DNA of 64,000 nt from Lama guanicoe (taxonomy: Eukaryota), in the NCBI GenBank assembly GCA_013239625.1, contig MU053588.1, forward strand, positions 707,988-771,987. The letters are read 5' to 3'. The notes beneath the pieces are model-generated. The model was given only the letters and a program-made list of their open reading frames with translations, searched no databases and was not told where the DNA came from. This document shows, in pieces, positions 48,641-61,680 of the stretch (its first letter is position 1; every line of letters begins with the position of its first letter). The position numbers were made by a program, and so were the translations under genes.

Positions 48641-49164
48641 TATTAATGAAAATTGGCAGTGAGACTGGAGGAGAGAAGGGGGAAGTAGAGGGTGGTGCTG
48701 TGTGGAGAGGCGGGGCAGGTGGGCAGGCAGAGCACACGGCCTCACGGCCACCGTAGGAGTTTAGAGTTTACCCTGAGGTCAGCATCAGAGGGGTTTCAGG
48801 CAGGAGAGGGACCTGACCAGATCTACACTTTTAAGTGATAACTCTGGCTGCCGCACTGAGATTGGGGTCAGAGACAGAGGAGGGCTATGGTGAGGGGACC
48901 TGAATGTGGAGAAAAGCGAACTGGCTGGAGAACCAGTTAGGTTCTGTAGCAGACCAGCCTCCGAAGGAGAGGGTCAGGGAATACTCCTGGAACGAGGCAC
49001 TCGGTAAACATGTGTTATCAGCTGGCCTCTATATCTTCTTTGGGGTGTGGGTTATACAGGTGTAGACACGTGTCAAAATTCATCAAACTGGACAGTCAAA
49101 CAAGTATATTTTACTGTATGTAATTACACTTCAATAATTAGATCAATAGATACATCAAATCATA

Positions 49165-49390
49165 ATGATAATAATAGCTCACATTTATTGAGCTTTTCTC
49201 TGTGCCAGGCTCTATGCTAAGCACTTTACGCGTGTTAATTCATTTTACCACACAACAATTGTGCAAGATGGATGCTTCTGTTCTTGGTTTATAGGCAAGG
49301 CAGCTCAGGTTGAAATCACTGGTCTGGGGTCACTGGGCTGCCTCGGGGCAGAGCAGGAATTGGCACCAGGGCAGGCTGGCTCCAGAGGGC
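49165..49390 (-). mobile_element. MIR SINE
   Basis: atagctcacatttattgagc...tgtgccaggctctatgctaagcactttac. Confidence 0.8.
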
Positions 49391-49974
49391 AGGTCTCTTT
49401 GACTTCCCCTTCGTCGTACTCGGGCCTTTCCCTTGATTCTGATGGAGTGATGGTACATCGCCGCCGGTGGGGTCTCCTCACTGAGGTCTTCGGGCCATGT
49501 GCCATTTCAGAGAGCTGAACTGTAGTCAGATCACCGGGTCCCCAGATCTGGAAGTCCGACCTTTGATTGGGGAACAGAGGCGCTGCAGGAGAGCCGGGCT
49601 GGGCTTTCTTTTCCTGTCTCTCATGCTCAACTCCAGCTAGCTGGGGATTAACCCCCTGCCGTTATCAGGAGAAAAAGAACATAGGAAACTGGCTACAGCT
49701 CGGCTCTTGTGAAGAAGGAGGAGACGAAGTTACCCACTGCGGAAGGTTTCCGCAGCCCTTGCGCACGCCGGACAGTGCAATTGCCTGTTCCTGCAGCATC
49801 ACGTTTGTGGTGTTGTCTGGACAGGCAGGGGAGCTGCAACTTGAGATTTGTAAACACTCTTCGCACGTTGGGATTCATCGTCTTTCCTCTCGGTGTCTCA
49901 GATGCCACGTTTCCCTCTTGCAGGGATTTCCCTTTGTTTAACAACCAAAAAATGGCTGCCTGGTTTGTGGCTCT

Positions 49975-50430
49975 CAGTTAGGATGCTTTTAGCTGCAAGT
50001 AACAAGACCCCCGACATCATCTGGCCAAACGGTAAAGATGTTTAATATGTCTCAGAAGTCTAGAAGTGAGTGGGCGTCAGGCAGGGTGGGATCAGCCACT
50101 CAAATGTCCGCCGTCAAGGACTCAGGTTCTCAGTGTGCACTTCACCCTACAGTCTTTCTCTCTGTATATACATAGTGCCTCTTGGTCCCAAGATGGCTGC
50201 CAGTGACAGTCAGGGCCACTTGCTTTCTTGTCCACAGACATCAGGAGAGAGAGGAAAAACCAGCGCACTCCCTCATGGGTTATAAATACTTCCCTTTACT
50301 CTGCGATTGGTCTAGCCTCGATCATGTTCCCCCTCAGCAGGCCAGTCACATCAGCAGAGGAATGCCACACCCAGATTGCCTTTGACCATTTGGGGTCCAT
50401 CTTCCAGGGGAAGAGGAGCAGGTTTTGAGT
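49975..50430 (-). mobile_element. MLT1-type LTR
   Basis: tcagttaggatgcttttagctgcaagtaacaagaccc...ggtcccaagatggctgcc. Confidence 0.75.
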
Positions 50431-51434
50431 AGACAGTCAGATGCCTGCCGCAGCTGAGAAAGACCTCCAGACTGGGTCCCTGACCGAGGCTCACTAAGTT
50501 AACAAATTGTGTCAGGCCCAGCGGATCGTGGCATTTGAGAATAAGAAGCGTGGTTTTCTTTTAAGAAATGTGGTGGTTTGTGTCCAGTTTCTGCCTTCTG
50601 CCTCCTCTTCCGCCTCCCCAGAACCCCACACATGGTGGGCAGGTGGAGTCTGGCTCCCATAGATCGCTTGCCTGTTGGCGGAAACAATGTATGTGTTGCC
50701 TCCCGCAGTGCTGAGTAGGTTTTGCCGTTAGTTTTTCCTTCTTCATCCCTAGCCCTCCTTCCACCCCCTCTCCAATTCTGAGGCGTTTGTGGTGTGTCCG
50801 CAGCTAGGTACATATGTATTACAGTATCTGTATTGAGGTTTGAGGAGAGAGTCCGCTTCCAGAAATGGTTTTGGACTCCCTATCTCATCTTCCTTTTTCT
50901 TCCAATTTTCACTGAACGCTGTATTTTTGAGCCCTAACCGCGTACGTTGCTGTGTGCGCTCCAGTGCATGAACGTCTGCCTGCCGAACAGTCGTACGTGC
51001 TGTGCACCCGCCACTCCTCACATTTCTAGTCCCCTGGTGTTCAGGTCACCCCCAGCACCACACCAGCAAAGACGACACTTCAGCGAGCACCCACATACCT
51101 GTGTCGTTCTGAACCCCTGGGGTTTATATCCGGGTTCACACTGTGGCTGGAGACCAGCATTGTCTCTTGCCCTGGGGATGACCAGCGTGCTCTCCGGGAG
51201 GCTGCTCTGGCCCACGCTCCCTCAGAGTGTGGGAGGGTCCAGCTTTCCTGCTGGCTCATCACCACTGGCTGTTACTACCCTGCTTCCTGATTTGCATCAC
51301 ATCGACAAAGTGGGGTCACTGGCTCTAACACTCTGATTACTAGTCTGTCTAGATGCCTCTTCATACCTCTTCCTGCACCTGTTACCTTGAGTCAGGCTTC
51401 CGTTTCTGTGAGCAGCCTGTTCAGAGATGAAGTG

Positions 51435-51700
51435 AGGCAGCGGGGGCACAGTCATGAGAGGCAAATTCTGGAGCCTGGTGGCCTGGGTTCGAATATTTGC
51501 CCTCCCCTTTAACCTGGCAAGTTACTTAACCTCTCTCAGCCTCAGAATTTCCTTAAACAGAAAATGGGAGTGGTAATCAGATCTATATCCTAAAATATTT
51601 TGAGGAATTAATGAGATGATATAAATAAATACATAAATAATAACATGCTTAGGACAGTATCTAGCATATATATGATAGGAAAATATCAGCAAATATTATC
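51435..51700 (+). mobile_element. MIR SINE
   Basis: ggcaagttacttaacctctctcagcctcag. Confidence 0.85.
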
Positions 51701-52190
51701 ACTAACATCATCATTTATTGGGTGTTTTAAAGTTTCTAAAAACGCAAAGATTTTTATCGTCTCTTTGCATTCACATCAGAATATGTGCTGCTGCAGGCAT
51801 TTCTGGCTTCTTTCTGATGGCTCCTTAGAAAGCAGAGAGACAATATAGTGAAACTTGTAAAAGACAAATCAGGTCTAGCTCAACTCCTTTTCCCTGTGTT
51901 TGGGTTGGGTGGTATATGTTCATTTCCATGTATGTGGTTTTATTTTTAATTTTTAAAAATGTGATATATTAATTGAAAAATTTTGTAAAACATCACGAGA
52001 GCATAGACAGTAAAAATTTGAAGTCTCACTCCTCCTTTCCCTCACCCCAGCCCCAGTCTCACTTTCTGGAGTTAAAACAACTATCATAAACCATTTGCTG
52101 TGTCGACTGTGTTGTTAAGGGTGTGGACTCTGGAACCCCTAGCCAAGGCTCAAATCCTGTTTCCAACACCAGCTGGCTCTGTGACCAAGT

Positions 52191-52476
52191 TGTATTAGTT
52201 TGCTCTCGCTGCTATAACATAAAACCACAGACTGGGTGGTTTAAACAGAAGTTTTTTTCCAGCTCTAGGGGCTGGAAGTCCAAGATCAAGGTGCTAACAG
52301 AGTTGGTTTCCTCCAGGGCCTCTCTCCTTGGCTTGCAGGTGGCCATCCTGTTGCTGCCGCTGCACATGGTCATCCCTGGGTGCACTTGTGCCTTGGTGTC
52401 TCTGTGTGTAGTGACCCCTTTGGCCTTATCTCCAAATACAGTCACACCCTGAGGTACTAGGGGTTAGGACTCCAGC
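52191..52476 (-). mobile_element. MLT1B-like LTR
   Basis: tgtattagtttg...ggctggaagtccaagatcaaggtg...ccttatctccaaatacagtcac. Confidence 0.85.
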
Positions 52477-52479
52477 AGC

Positions 52480-52690
52480 TAACACTTCCTGGTGGTTACC
52501 TGGCCAGGCCCTGCTGTAAGAGCTTTATATGTTAACTCACTTAATCTTCACATCAACCCTGTGAGGGAGGTCCCTTTGTTATTTCCATTTTATAGATGAG
52601 GTAGCTGAGGCACAGAGAGGTTAAGTGACTTGCCCAAGGTCACTCAGCAGATCTGGGATTCAGATCCATGCTCTTAGCTGCTCCACTGCA
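52480..52690 (-). mobile_element. MIR SINE
   Basis: cattttatagatgaggtagctgaggcacagagaggttaagtgacttgcccaaggtcac. Confidence 0.9.
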
Positions 52691-53269
52691 CCAAATCAAT
52701 GAGAAGACTTAACATTTGCTTCCAAGATGCTTTATATTGTACTGTGTCTGATTTTATCTCATTAAAGTAGATGCAGATCATGGTAGCCATTTGATAGGCA
52801 AGGAAAACAGGGTGAAAGAGGCTGATGGCGATGGCGGCTAACACACATCCCTGGCATCACACCAGGTCCCGTGCTACATGCCCTGCACATGTGGATACTG
52901 CTGTATCCTCCAGAACTTTGCGAGGTGGACTCTCCCAGATAAGAAAACGGAAGCTCAGAGAGGTGAAGCGCCCTGGTTTGGAGCTGGGAGCTAGTATAGC
53001 TGGCACTCAGGCTGTATTGCCTGTATGCTGTCTCTGAGGACATCAGTCACCAAGGGGATCATTCAGCAAGTGTTGCCTGTGTGCCTGCAGTGCCAGGCCC
53101 CGTGCTGGTGCGGAGAGACAGCAGTGAACAGCACTGGCGTTGCTCCTAGCCCTCAGGGGGTCACATTCAAGTAATTGGATACGAGCAAGGCTGATGTTCA
53201 CCAGCTGCCATCCATTCTGATTGCCTGTTGCCTGCACTGTACTGGTTTCTAAATATTTTATATCTCAAC

Positions 53270-53630
53270 CTGAAATATAAGTGACCGAAGCTCAACTCAC
53301 AGTGGCTTATTTAGCTAGAAGTCCAGGAAAAAAATGCAGTTCTGGGGTTGACTCAACAGCTCCACACATCAGGGCCCCAAGTGTGTGCTCCTGAAATCAT
53401 CTCAGCTTTTCCTCTTGGTTGCAAGATGGTTGCTGTGGCTCCAGGTAACATATTCTCTCACAGCCATGAGGCAGGAAGCAGGGAGCCAGCTAGGACCATG
53501 GTGTACTGCTCTTTTATCAGGAAGCTCCCCTGCCTTTCAGCAGGTTTTTCAACTGGAAAAGTGAGTCTGGCTTTTTCTGTCTTCATATTGGCAGGTTAGC
53601 AAAGGAGAAAGGGGTTGGAATGTGGGGAGG
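53270..53630 (-). mobile_element. MLT1-type LTR
   Basis: tggttgcaagatggttgctgtggctccagg. Confidence 0.6.
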
Positions 53631-53759
53631 CCAGTTGAGAATGTTTGTTCTGGCTTAAGGGAAAAAAAGGGAGCTTTGTCTTCCACTCAAGCCTGGCCCC
53701 AGGTGGCTCTCTTCATGCCATGGACATTTGTACATTTATTCATGCAACAAGGGAAGAGA

Positions 53760-54000
53760 ACCTAGAGGTTAAGAGCATGCAATCTGGAGTCAGTCTGCAG
53801 GTTTGAACCCAGCTTTATCATTTTCCAACAGTGCACTGGTTCAAGTTTCTTCATTCTGTGCCTCAGTTTCCTTGTGTGTGAAATGGGGTTCATAATTGTT
53901 GTGTGGATCAAATGAACTAATACTAAATAAACATAAAGTGCTTAGAACAATGCCAGGTGCATAGTAGGCCCTGTAGAAATGTTAGGCAGTGTGATTATTT
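53760..54000 (+). mobile_element. MIR SINE
   Basis: ggttaagagcatgcaatctggagtcag...gcctcagtttcc...aaagtgcttagaacaatgcc. Confidence 0.85.
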
Positions 54001-55045
54001 ACTCCCTCGTTCATCAGATGGACTTCTGAGCATCTCTTCCAGATGCCATCACTTCCAGGGAGACAGGAGAGTTGGGGTGGCCCCTGGCCACAGGAGCCGG
54101 TCCTTTGAGGGGGCTGAAGCATGTACATGTAGCACCCAACAGGGACGCTAGGTAGACGGCCTTTCCAGACACCACATCAGCCAGCGGGTAGGCCAGACAG
54201 GGAGGGCTCCAGTGGCTCCTCGGAGAGCCAGAAGGGCTGGGGAAATCAGGGAAGGCCTCACCCAGGAGGTGGCTTCGGAAGTGGGCCTAAGGAAAAGGAA
54301 AGACTGGTGCACAAAGAGCATGGCAGTAACTGCAGGCAGAACGCAAGGCCAAGGCTGAGAGGGAGATGAGGCTGCTCTGGTCACAGGGTGATTGGGAATT
54401 AGTTGGGAATCCTGGGGGTTGTTCAGTCTGTGAATTACAGTTGGTTTGTATAGAGAAATCATCTTTGAAACCAAGTTTTAAAAAGGAATTGTCTAGAGAT
54501 GGTGAACCTTTTTGGTCACAAGGAGAAGTCTTTGGAAGAGGAGATCCACAACCTCCAGGATGATAATAATGAACCAGTGAGGGGCACTTACTGGACACCA
54601 TGCCCGGGGCTTTCTTTTCATCCGTCACTGAACCCTTGCAGCCTCCTGTGAAGCCAGTGGTGACATTCCCATTGTCCAGAAGAGTCACTTCACCTTCCCA
54701 TGTATTTGGTCATTTCTCCTTTGGTGGGGTGGGGGGCGGGGGGTGGTTGAGCACCTGCTACCAGCCCAGTGCTATTCTAGGTGGGGGAGTGAGCAGAGCA
54801 GGGGGAGCTCATGCTTCTGGTCTGGGGATGGACAGGCAAACCACTGAATGGAGAAGCGAGTTGAAGCTACGTTTTATCCAAAGCCAGTACTCTTCACTAA
54901 GAATCAAGATGCTACTATAAAGTGGTTAGGAATACAGGCTCACATTCCAGTCTTATCTCTTCCTGACTCCATGTGACCTTGGACTAGTGACCTCCTCTAG
55001 CTCTGATTTCCTTATCTGTAAAATGAGGATCTGGGTAGGACCTCT

Positions 55046-55460
55046 ATCAGTCAACATTGCACTCTGCTACGAGTAACAGAAAACCAGTGGACAGCAGCTT
55101 AAATAAGGCAACATATTCTCTCTTGCACATGGGAAGGAAAGAGAGTGTAGGTAGACTGGGGCAGGCCATTGACTGGGAGAGAGGGCTCCTGACTCCTTGT
55201 GCTGCCATCCTCAGCATATGGCTTTCAGCCTCACACTCCTCCAGATAGGTATCCGCATTCCAGGAAGGAGAAGGATGGGAGGGGTGTGCTCCTTTTATTG
55301 GAAAGCAATAGCTTTGCCAGAAGGCCCCTTCCCCCACCCCCAGCAGACCTCCTCTTAACTCTCGTTGACCAGAATGGGACAAACATTTAGCCGTAGCTGC
55401 AAGGGAACCTAAGAAAGCAAGCTTCTTGGATGGGCATCCTGCTGCTCCAAACAAATTCGG
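55046..55460 (-). mobile_element. MLT1-type LTR, adjacent to a MIR at 54920-55045
   Basis: gagtaacagaaaacc...gctgccatcctcagcat...tagctgcaagggaacctaagaaag. Confidence 0.75.
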
Positions 55461-57759
55461 GCTTCTCAAGGAAGAGAAGGAGAGCAGGTTTGGGTTCAGC
55501 AGCCCTCAGTGGAGTCTGTGCAGCCACGAATGCGAAACATTCAGCCTGGTGCCCAGCCTGGAAGCAGGCCCTGGTGAAGGGTCACAGTGTTCTCACGCCC
55601 GAGGGCCCGAGTTCTTGTTCTTGTGATCAGGAAGCACCACCACTTTGTGCCGTTTCCTTACCTGCCCTTTGGGAGCGACGCTCCTCGCCTTAGAGTGTCC
55701 TGAGCAGCACTGTGAAAACGTGGCTGGGAAGGATTTTTGAAATGCATCCCACCCCATAAGAGGGCTGGGGCTAGCTGGCTTCTGTTCCGAGAACTGTCAG
55801 ATTTCTTAAAGCTGAACCCAGCCCTACCAGCTGACTGTCAGCCCAGACATCTTCCCTGAAATGACTCATCTGTTCATTTCTGTCCCCTTCTTGTCTGAAC
55901 AGTGTGGGGGCGAGAGCAGGAGTAGTGACCCACCTCTCTACGTCCAGATCTGGCCTGGACCCACCTGGTACTCAGTTTAGGATTGAATGCCCTGACCTCA
56001 TCTTCCTGTGAGGAAGCAGTCCGTCCCCCTCTCTACGTCAGCACCACCCCTGTTCCGGACCAGGCCACTCCTGTCCCTGGCGGGGACAGCTGCCCTGACT
56101 CCTAATGGGACTGACTCTGCAGCTTATCGGGCTCATTGCCTACATGGCAGCCAACTGGGTCACTGCCTCCTAAAACTCCAGTGGAGGTCATCTCCCGACT
56201 CCTGAACACTCCAGGGTCTTTGCACCTGCTGTCCATTTGGTCCTTCATCTACTTCTACCCCTTTCCTTGTTAACTTCTCTTCCTTCAGGGCTTAACCACC
56301 ACCTTTTTCCACGAAGCCCTCCTGGACCACCCACTCTGCAGCACCCTTTTCCTGTTCTCCACCAGTTTAGCCTTTCTTTTGTCTCGCTTATTCTGACGTG
56401 GATATTTGGTAAATGCACTCAATCCATGTGCGTGTCCCCCTCCAGCCAAAGGCAGAGAGAGGTCTCCCTCCTTCAGTGCTTTATTACATAGTGAGATCTC
56501 AGGAAACATTCATCTAGTGAATGGAAATCAGTTAAATGAATGAAAACTTACTGCTTTGTTCCCCTGATTTTGAAAACATGTTCATTAAAGGAAGGTAATT
56601 TGGGAAAATATAGAAAGGCATAAACAGCACGTTTTCAAAAATCACTGGTAGGCCCAGCACCAAAACCTAACCCCAATTAACTTTTCAGAATATTTTCTCC
56701 AATCTTGTTTCTATGATGTTTATATGTATATAAATGTCAGATGTCATAAGGATATGCACTAATTTATTTGACCATTCTCCTGTTGTTGGATATTGAGGAA
56801 GGTCCTTTTTTTTTTTTTTTTTTTTTTTTATTTACAACCAATTCCGTGAATTTTTTTTTTCTTCATCTCTAATTACTTCTTTGAAGTAGCATCACTGGTT
56901 CAGAGGGTAAGAACATTTTTAAAAGCTGTTGCCAGATTGCCTCTAGGAAGATTCCATCAACTAGGATCATTTAAAAAAAAAAAAACGGTTTGTTGTCCTG
57001 GAGGTGAGTGGCTGATTTCCTAGCATCCTGGTTTCATTTGATCTCCTAGAGAGCCCCTGCCCTAGTTGCTGAGGACCCAGTGTCCCCTTCCAGCCTGTTT
57101 TCCTCTGCCTTGGCCTCGGCCTGAGTGCAGTCCTGGGAAAGGATGTTTGATTACAGTGTTGTTCAAACAGAGCTGCAGGCCTTCGCCATCTGTCAGCTGG
57201 TGCATGGGCCCAAGAGGAGGCTTTGCACCCAGTCTGGGGTCAAGAGCCCTTCTAGAGCTCACTGTGATATCACCAAAGGGATGGGGCTGGGATGCTCGCT
57301 CCCTACAGCAGCCTGGCCCCAGAGCCCCCACCCCCTGGAAGCCCTCCTGTATTTCTCTGGTGGGTACTAGACCCTCCCACTCTGTCCCCATCTGTCACTT
57401 GGTGAGTTGTCCCAAAACTGCTGTGAGGTAACCCTGCTTTCCCTGCCTCCCGCCTCCCTGGGGCGGGACTGTGAGGAAGTGCACATTCCCCCAGGATGTT
57501 TGTGTTCTGCAGGTGAAGTGGCCCTGCCGGTTCTGGGAAGTAGAAGCCTCTTATAGGAGAGAAAGTGAGCCAGGAGAGTGAGAGTGACTGGGGTGACTGT
57601 GTGTGTTTGTACGCACCACACACAAAGGCATGAAACTGATCCTCAAGTCTTCAAAGAGGGTCTGCAAAGGTCAGATAGCTAAGACTTTGAAATATATTTA
57701 CCTATTTGTAAAAATTACATATCTAATCCAACAGTAGCATCTCATTGTTTAGGAAAAAT

Positions 57760-58300
57760 TCATACAATGCAAAAGATCTTAAAAACTTTGATGTTGGAAA
57801 ACATAACATACACACTGAGAAGTACGTAAGATGTAAATGTACGGTTCAGTGAACAGTTATAAAGCAAGCACTCCTCTAACCCCCAGATCAAGAAAGAATT
57901 TTGCCAGCTCCCAAGTAGCCTCTGTGTCCCTTCCCTGTCAGAACCCTCTCCCTCTCCCTCTCCCAGAAGCCATTCCTCTCAGGACTTCCATGGTCACCAT
58001 TTCTTGCTTTGGAAGCTGGGTCACCTATGTGAGCAGCTCTGCATAACATGGTTCCATTTTGCCTGTTTTTGAACTTCATATAAAGGGAATCATAACCCAT
58101 ATATGTTGTTCTGTGTCTGGTTTTTTTTTTTTCTCAGGTTTCTGTTTGATGGGTCACCTATGTGAGCAGCTCTGCATAACATGGTTCCATTTTGCCTGTT
58201 TTTGAACTTCATATAAAGGGAATCATAACCCATATATGTTGTTCTGTGTCTGGTTTTTTTTTTTGCTCAGGATCATGTCTGCGAGATAGTCCTGGCTTTG
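57760..58300 (-). mobile_element. Old L1 3' UTR containing an internal duplication
   Basis: ttttgcctgtttttgaacttcatataaagggaatcata. Confidence 0.75.
58017..58271. repeat. 122-bp near-perfect direct duplication with 11-bp spacer
   Basis: 58017-58138 equals 58150-58271 apart from one T/G difference; spacer TTTCTGTTTGA. Confidence 0.95.
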
Positions 58301-58399
58301 ATGTTAGCGCATTTCTGCTATTAAAGCTCGTTTTCATTGATATACCGACAAGTTTTACAAATTTTCTTATTTGTGCCTTTTGTTTGATGAGTATTAGGG

Positions 58400-58540
58400 A
58401 AAAAAATGACTTTAACACTGATGTTTTTAAGGCTTTAATAAGTGAGTTAGTTGAAAGGATCATCTTAAGTAAATAATAGTACAGGTGGTCTGCTGGTGTG
58501 TCAGTGGGGGCGCATGACTTTGAGAAGTTTGGGAACTTCA
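58400..58540. mobile_element. Charlie4-like hAT end
   Basis: aaataatagtacaggtggt...gaagtttgggaac. Confidence 0.55.
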
Positions 58541-59009
58541 AGGTCTAGGACAAGATGATGACAAGTGTACACATACTGCCACTCCCCTCCCTGGGGTGAC
58601 TGCTTACAGCTGGAGGTCAGCTTTCCAGATCTTAGCTCTGTTGACCTAGGTGGCTATAATATAGATATAAAGTAGGTAGCTGGGATTTTTTTTTTTTAGT
58701 ACTTTTTGTTGTTAAGAGAGTATGCCATTCTCCTAAATTACTTCTTCCTGGTTTCTGAGTTTGTTCTCTAATTAAAGCAGCCAATTTCCTTATAAGATTG
58801 CACTTCAAGGGCAGGGTAAGACTGGATATATATATGGTCTTGGCCTGTAGATGTTGGGAACTTGGAATCTGGAAGGGAATTGACAGAGAGACCAAGCAGA
58901 GGCTGCCAGCCTGGGATGCATCCTTAGTAGTAGATTAACATGGAATTGTGACTCAGGGGCCTGAAATGTGCAGAGTTGTGGTGTGGCCATTTGCGTATGC
59001 TCATGTGTG

Positions 59010-59232
59010 AGAGACAGGGATGAGGACAAGGGATGACATGGAGCAATGGAAACAGGGACACAGAGAGGTAGAGCAGAGACACAGAAACGGGACAGAAATG
59101 TAATAGATAGGGACAGGGACACAGAAACATGAGACCAGTTGTCTGGTTAACTTGCTGGTTGGTTAGCTGGTTATGTGGTTGGCTGGCTCATTGGTTTTCT
59201 GGCTGGGTAGCTGACTGGTTGCCTGGTTGGTT
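59010..59232. repeat. Low-complexity tract (purine-rich, then degenerate TGGY repeats)
   Basis: gggacagaaa-like units, then tggttggttagctggtt... Confidence 0.7.
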
Positions 59233-59699
59233 TTGTTTTTTGGGGTGTTTTTATGGACTCAGGAAATACTTCTGGAGGACTCCCCCAATTCGCCGTGTGC
59301 CTGGGGACAGAGCTCTCAGTAGTGGCTGCAGGCATTTGGGTGTCTGACCACCCCTCTTGCCATGAAGGCACTATGAGTGCAGCTGCTTTGTCTTCATTGT
59401 TAGTACTGTTTTTAAGCCCTGGATGAGGATGTTGGAGTGCTGATTACATGCCATTGCTGTGGGGGGAGGTCCTCGTGGGGCTCATCTCAGGCTCCTCCTA
59501 CAGTCCCACAGCGAGGGGTTGGGGAGGGCTGCTCTCCTCTCTGGTCCATGCCGGGGCCAGGGTTTGATCCCAGGCAATCTGACTCCAGGGCATGAGCCTA
59601 ATTTCTGCCTTAAAGTCATTCCAGGACAGAGGGCCTACATTTATCAAGCACCCATCATGTTCACAGCTCTATCCCTCCTTTCTTAGAGGTGACAATAGT

Positions 59700-59830
59700 G
59701 ACAGTGGACATAGGGTCACCCACCTGGGTTCAAGCCCGAGCTCTGCCTTTTACCTGACCAGGTGATCTTAAGCACGTAACTTGCCGCTCTGAGCCTCAGT
59801 GTTCCTTTCTGTAAAGTGGAGAGAAGAGCG
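59700..59830 (+). mobile_element. MIR SINE
   Basis: cctgggttcaagccc...ctctgagcctcagtgttcctttctgtaaagtgg. Confidence 0.75.
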
Positions 59831-61347
59831 GGGCCCTCCCCCGGGATGCTGCACTGGTGGAGTAGGGCCAGGTGGGAGGCCAGCGCTTCTTAGCGGGGCT
59901 GCCGTTGTTAACGTGTAGCTTAGGGAACTGGACCATTAGAGCCTCCAGCCTGGGCTACAGGCTCCGTAAGCTTGACAGCTTGTCCTCTTACATGCAGTGA
60001 CCCCATGAGTGGTCACAGGGCAGCCAGGTTCAGACCCCTACTCCTCCAACTTTGGGCAAGTATTGTATCGGAGCCTTGGTTTCCCCATTTTGAAATGGAG
60101 GTGATGAGAACACTGCCTCTGAATATCATTAGGAAGCTTAAGTTCAGTGTTTTGTCCTAAGAGCTTTGCAGGGGGCCTGGTGCTCTGTTAGGGTGATTCC
60201 TGCTGGCAGCTGGGCACCATCCAGGGTAACAAGGCCCAGCTCTGTGTGTCCCCCTCCCCACCTCCCCTCCACCACGGGAGGCTTCTTGGCCACGGTTTTC
60301 CTCACGGGCTCCACTGCCCCCTCACCCCACGCCGGGGCTGTCCTCAGGTGAGGACAAGCAGCGCCCGAGATGCCTCCGGCCTGGACCCCCAAGAGCAGGA
60401 TGGAAAGAACAGGGCTTTAGCAGATGTTCTTTGACAAGGATTCCCTGGCTCTGTTTAATCAAGACTGTCAAATATTGATTTAATCTCCAGGCCCAACAGA
60501 TGTGATCTTAGCAGGTTTCAGTGGCAATTAGCTGGGATTAGTTAGCAAGTTAGGCTCCATGCTGACAGGACACCATCTTCTAAAGGCAGCTTGGCCCAGC
60601 CACAGGAGTGAGCCCTGTAGGGGGACGTACTAAATGTTTAACCACCCGTCTGACCTGGACAGCAGCAGCTGTGACAGTAGACTCAGAAGCTGGATCTTTG
60701 AAGCCCTGGTTGGGCCCAGTGCTGCCCCACACAGTAATGGTGGGAACACTCGGGGTTCAAGGCTGCAGCCGTTTACTGAAAACCTTCAGTATCGAAATAA
60801 ATGGCATGGCCACGCCAGCACATGTGGCTTGACTCTGGGCCTGGCTAGAGCCAGGAGATCCTCGAGGGCTGTCTGGCTGCCTGGCTGCCTGGAGCCGTGG
60901 TTGTGCCCCTGATTAGGTCTCCCTAGAAGGGGGTCCCCTGACCACAGAGGTCCCCAGCCCCGCTCTGCCACTTTATCCTCACTCCCCAAGCATGGCTACA
61001 GCTCCTGGGTGGGCCTGGCGCCTGTGCCATGCTCCAGGAAGTATCCTTTTTTAATTTTGCAGTTCAAAGTCTCATTTGAACTGAGTGGGACTACCCAGAA
61101 TTGGAACAAGATGCTCACTCCACATGTGCTTCACAGGAGGTAGTGACACCCTTGCCTAACCCACCCGACCCCACAGGGACTCGAAAGTGGGTACCTCCCC
61201 TGGCCCTGGCTCTGGGGCCACCAGGAAGGAGGGGCTGACCCTTCCTCTTGTTCAGGGTGGGCCACCACAGGCTGCCTGTCTCCTGAGCCCAGGGGAACCA
61301 GGGTTCATTCCCAGGCCATGTTTGGTCCTTTTTGTTTGCTTAAGGTT

Positions 61348-61393
61348 TTATTATTATTATTATTATCATCATCATCATCATTATTATTATTAT

Positions 61394-61424
<31 letters not shown>

Positions 61425-61447
61425 GCTGCTATTACTGCTACTATTAC
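61348..61447. repeat. Compound trinucleotide microsatellite (TAT/CAT/TAC/TGC)
   Basis: Seen directly; produces the poly-Y/H stretch in ORF 61187-61474. Confidence 0.95.
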
Positions 61448-61464
61448 AACATAAGTGAAAATGA

Positions 61465-61680
61465 TTATAGCTAATACTTACATGTCACTTTGTGCCAGGG
61501 ATATTCTAAGTCTCTACACGTTCGTTCACTCATAATATCCCTAAGAGTTAAGCCTCATTATCTGCATTTTACAGATGGGAAAACTGAGGTATAAGGAGGC
61601 TAAGTCACCTGCCCAAGGTCTAACTAAGTGGCAGAGGTGGGAATTAAACCAAGTGGTCTTTGCTTTTAACTACTGTGCTG
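61465..61680 (-). mobile_element. MIR SINE
   Basis: cattttacagatgggaaaactgagg...aagtcacctgcccaaggtc. Confidence 0.85.

Noticed and set aside
53166..53185. TTCAAGTAATT resembling the miR-26 5' end
   Set aside because: The match breaks after 11 nt, no hairpin is visible, and it lies at the edge of an L2 fragment.
57513..57564. Possible 52-nt plus-strand exon
   Set aside because: Weak pyrimidine tract and weak donor (AAA|GTGAGC); peptide unrecognisable.
61187..61474. Poly-Tyr/His protein
   Set aside because: Translation of a trinucleotide microsatellite next to a MIR tail.
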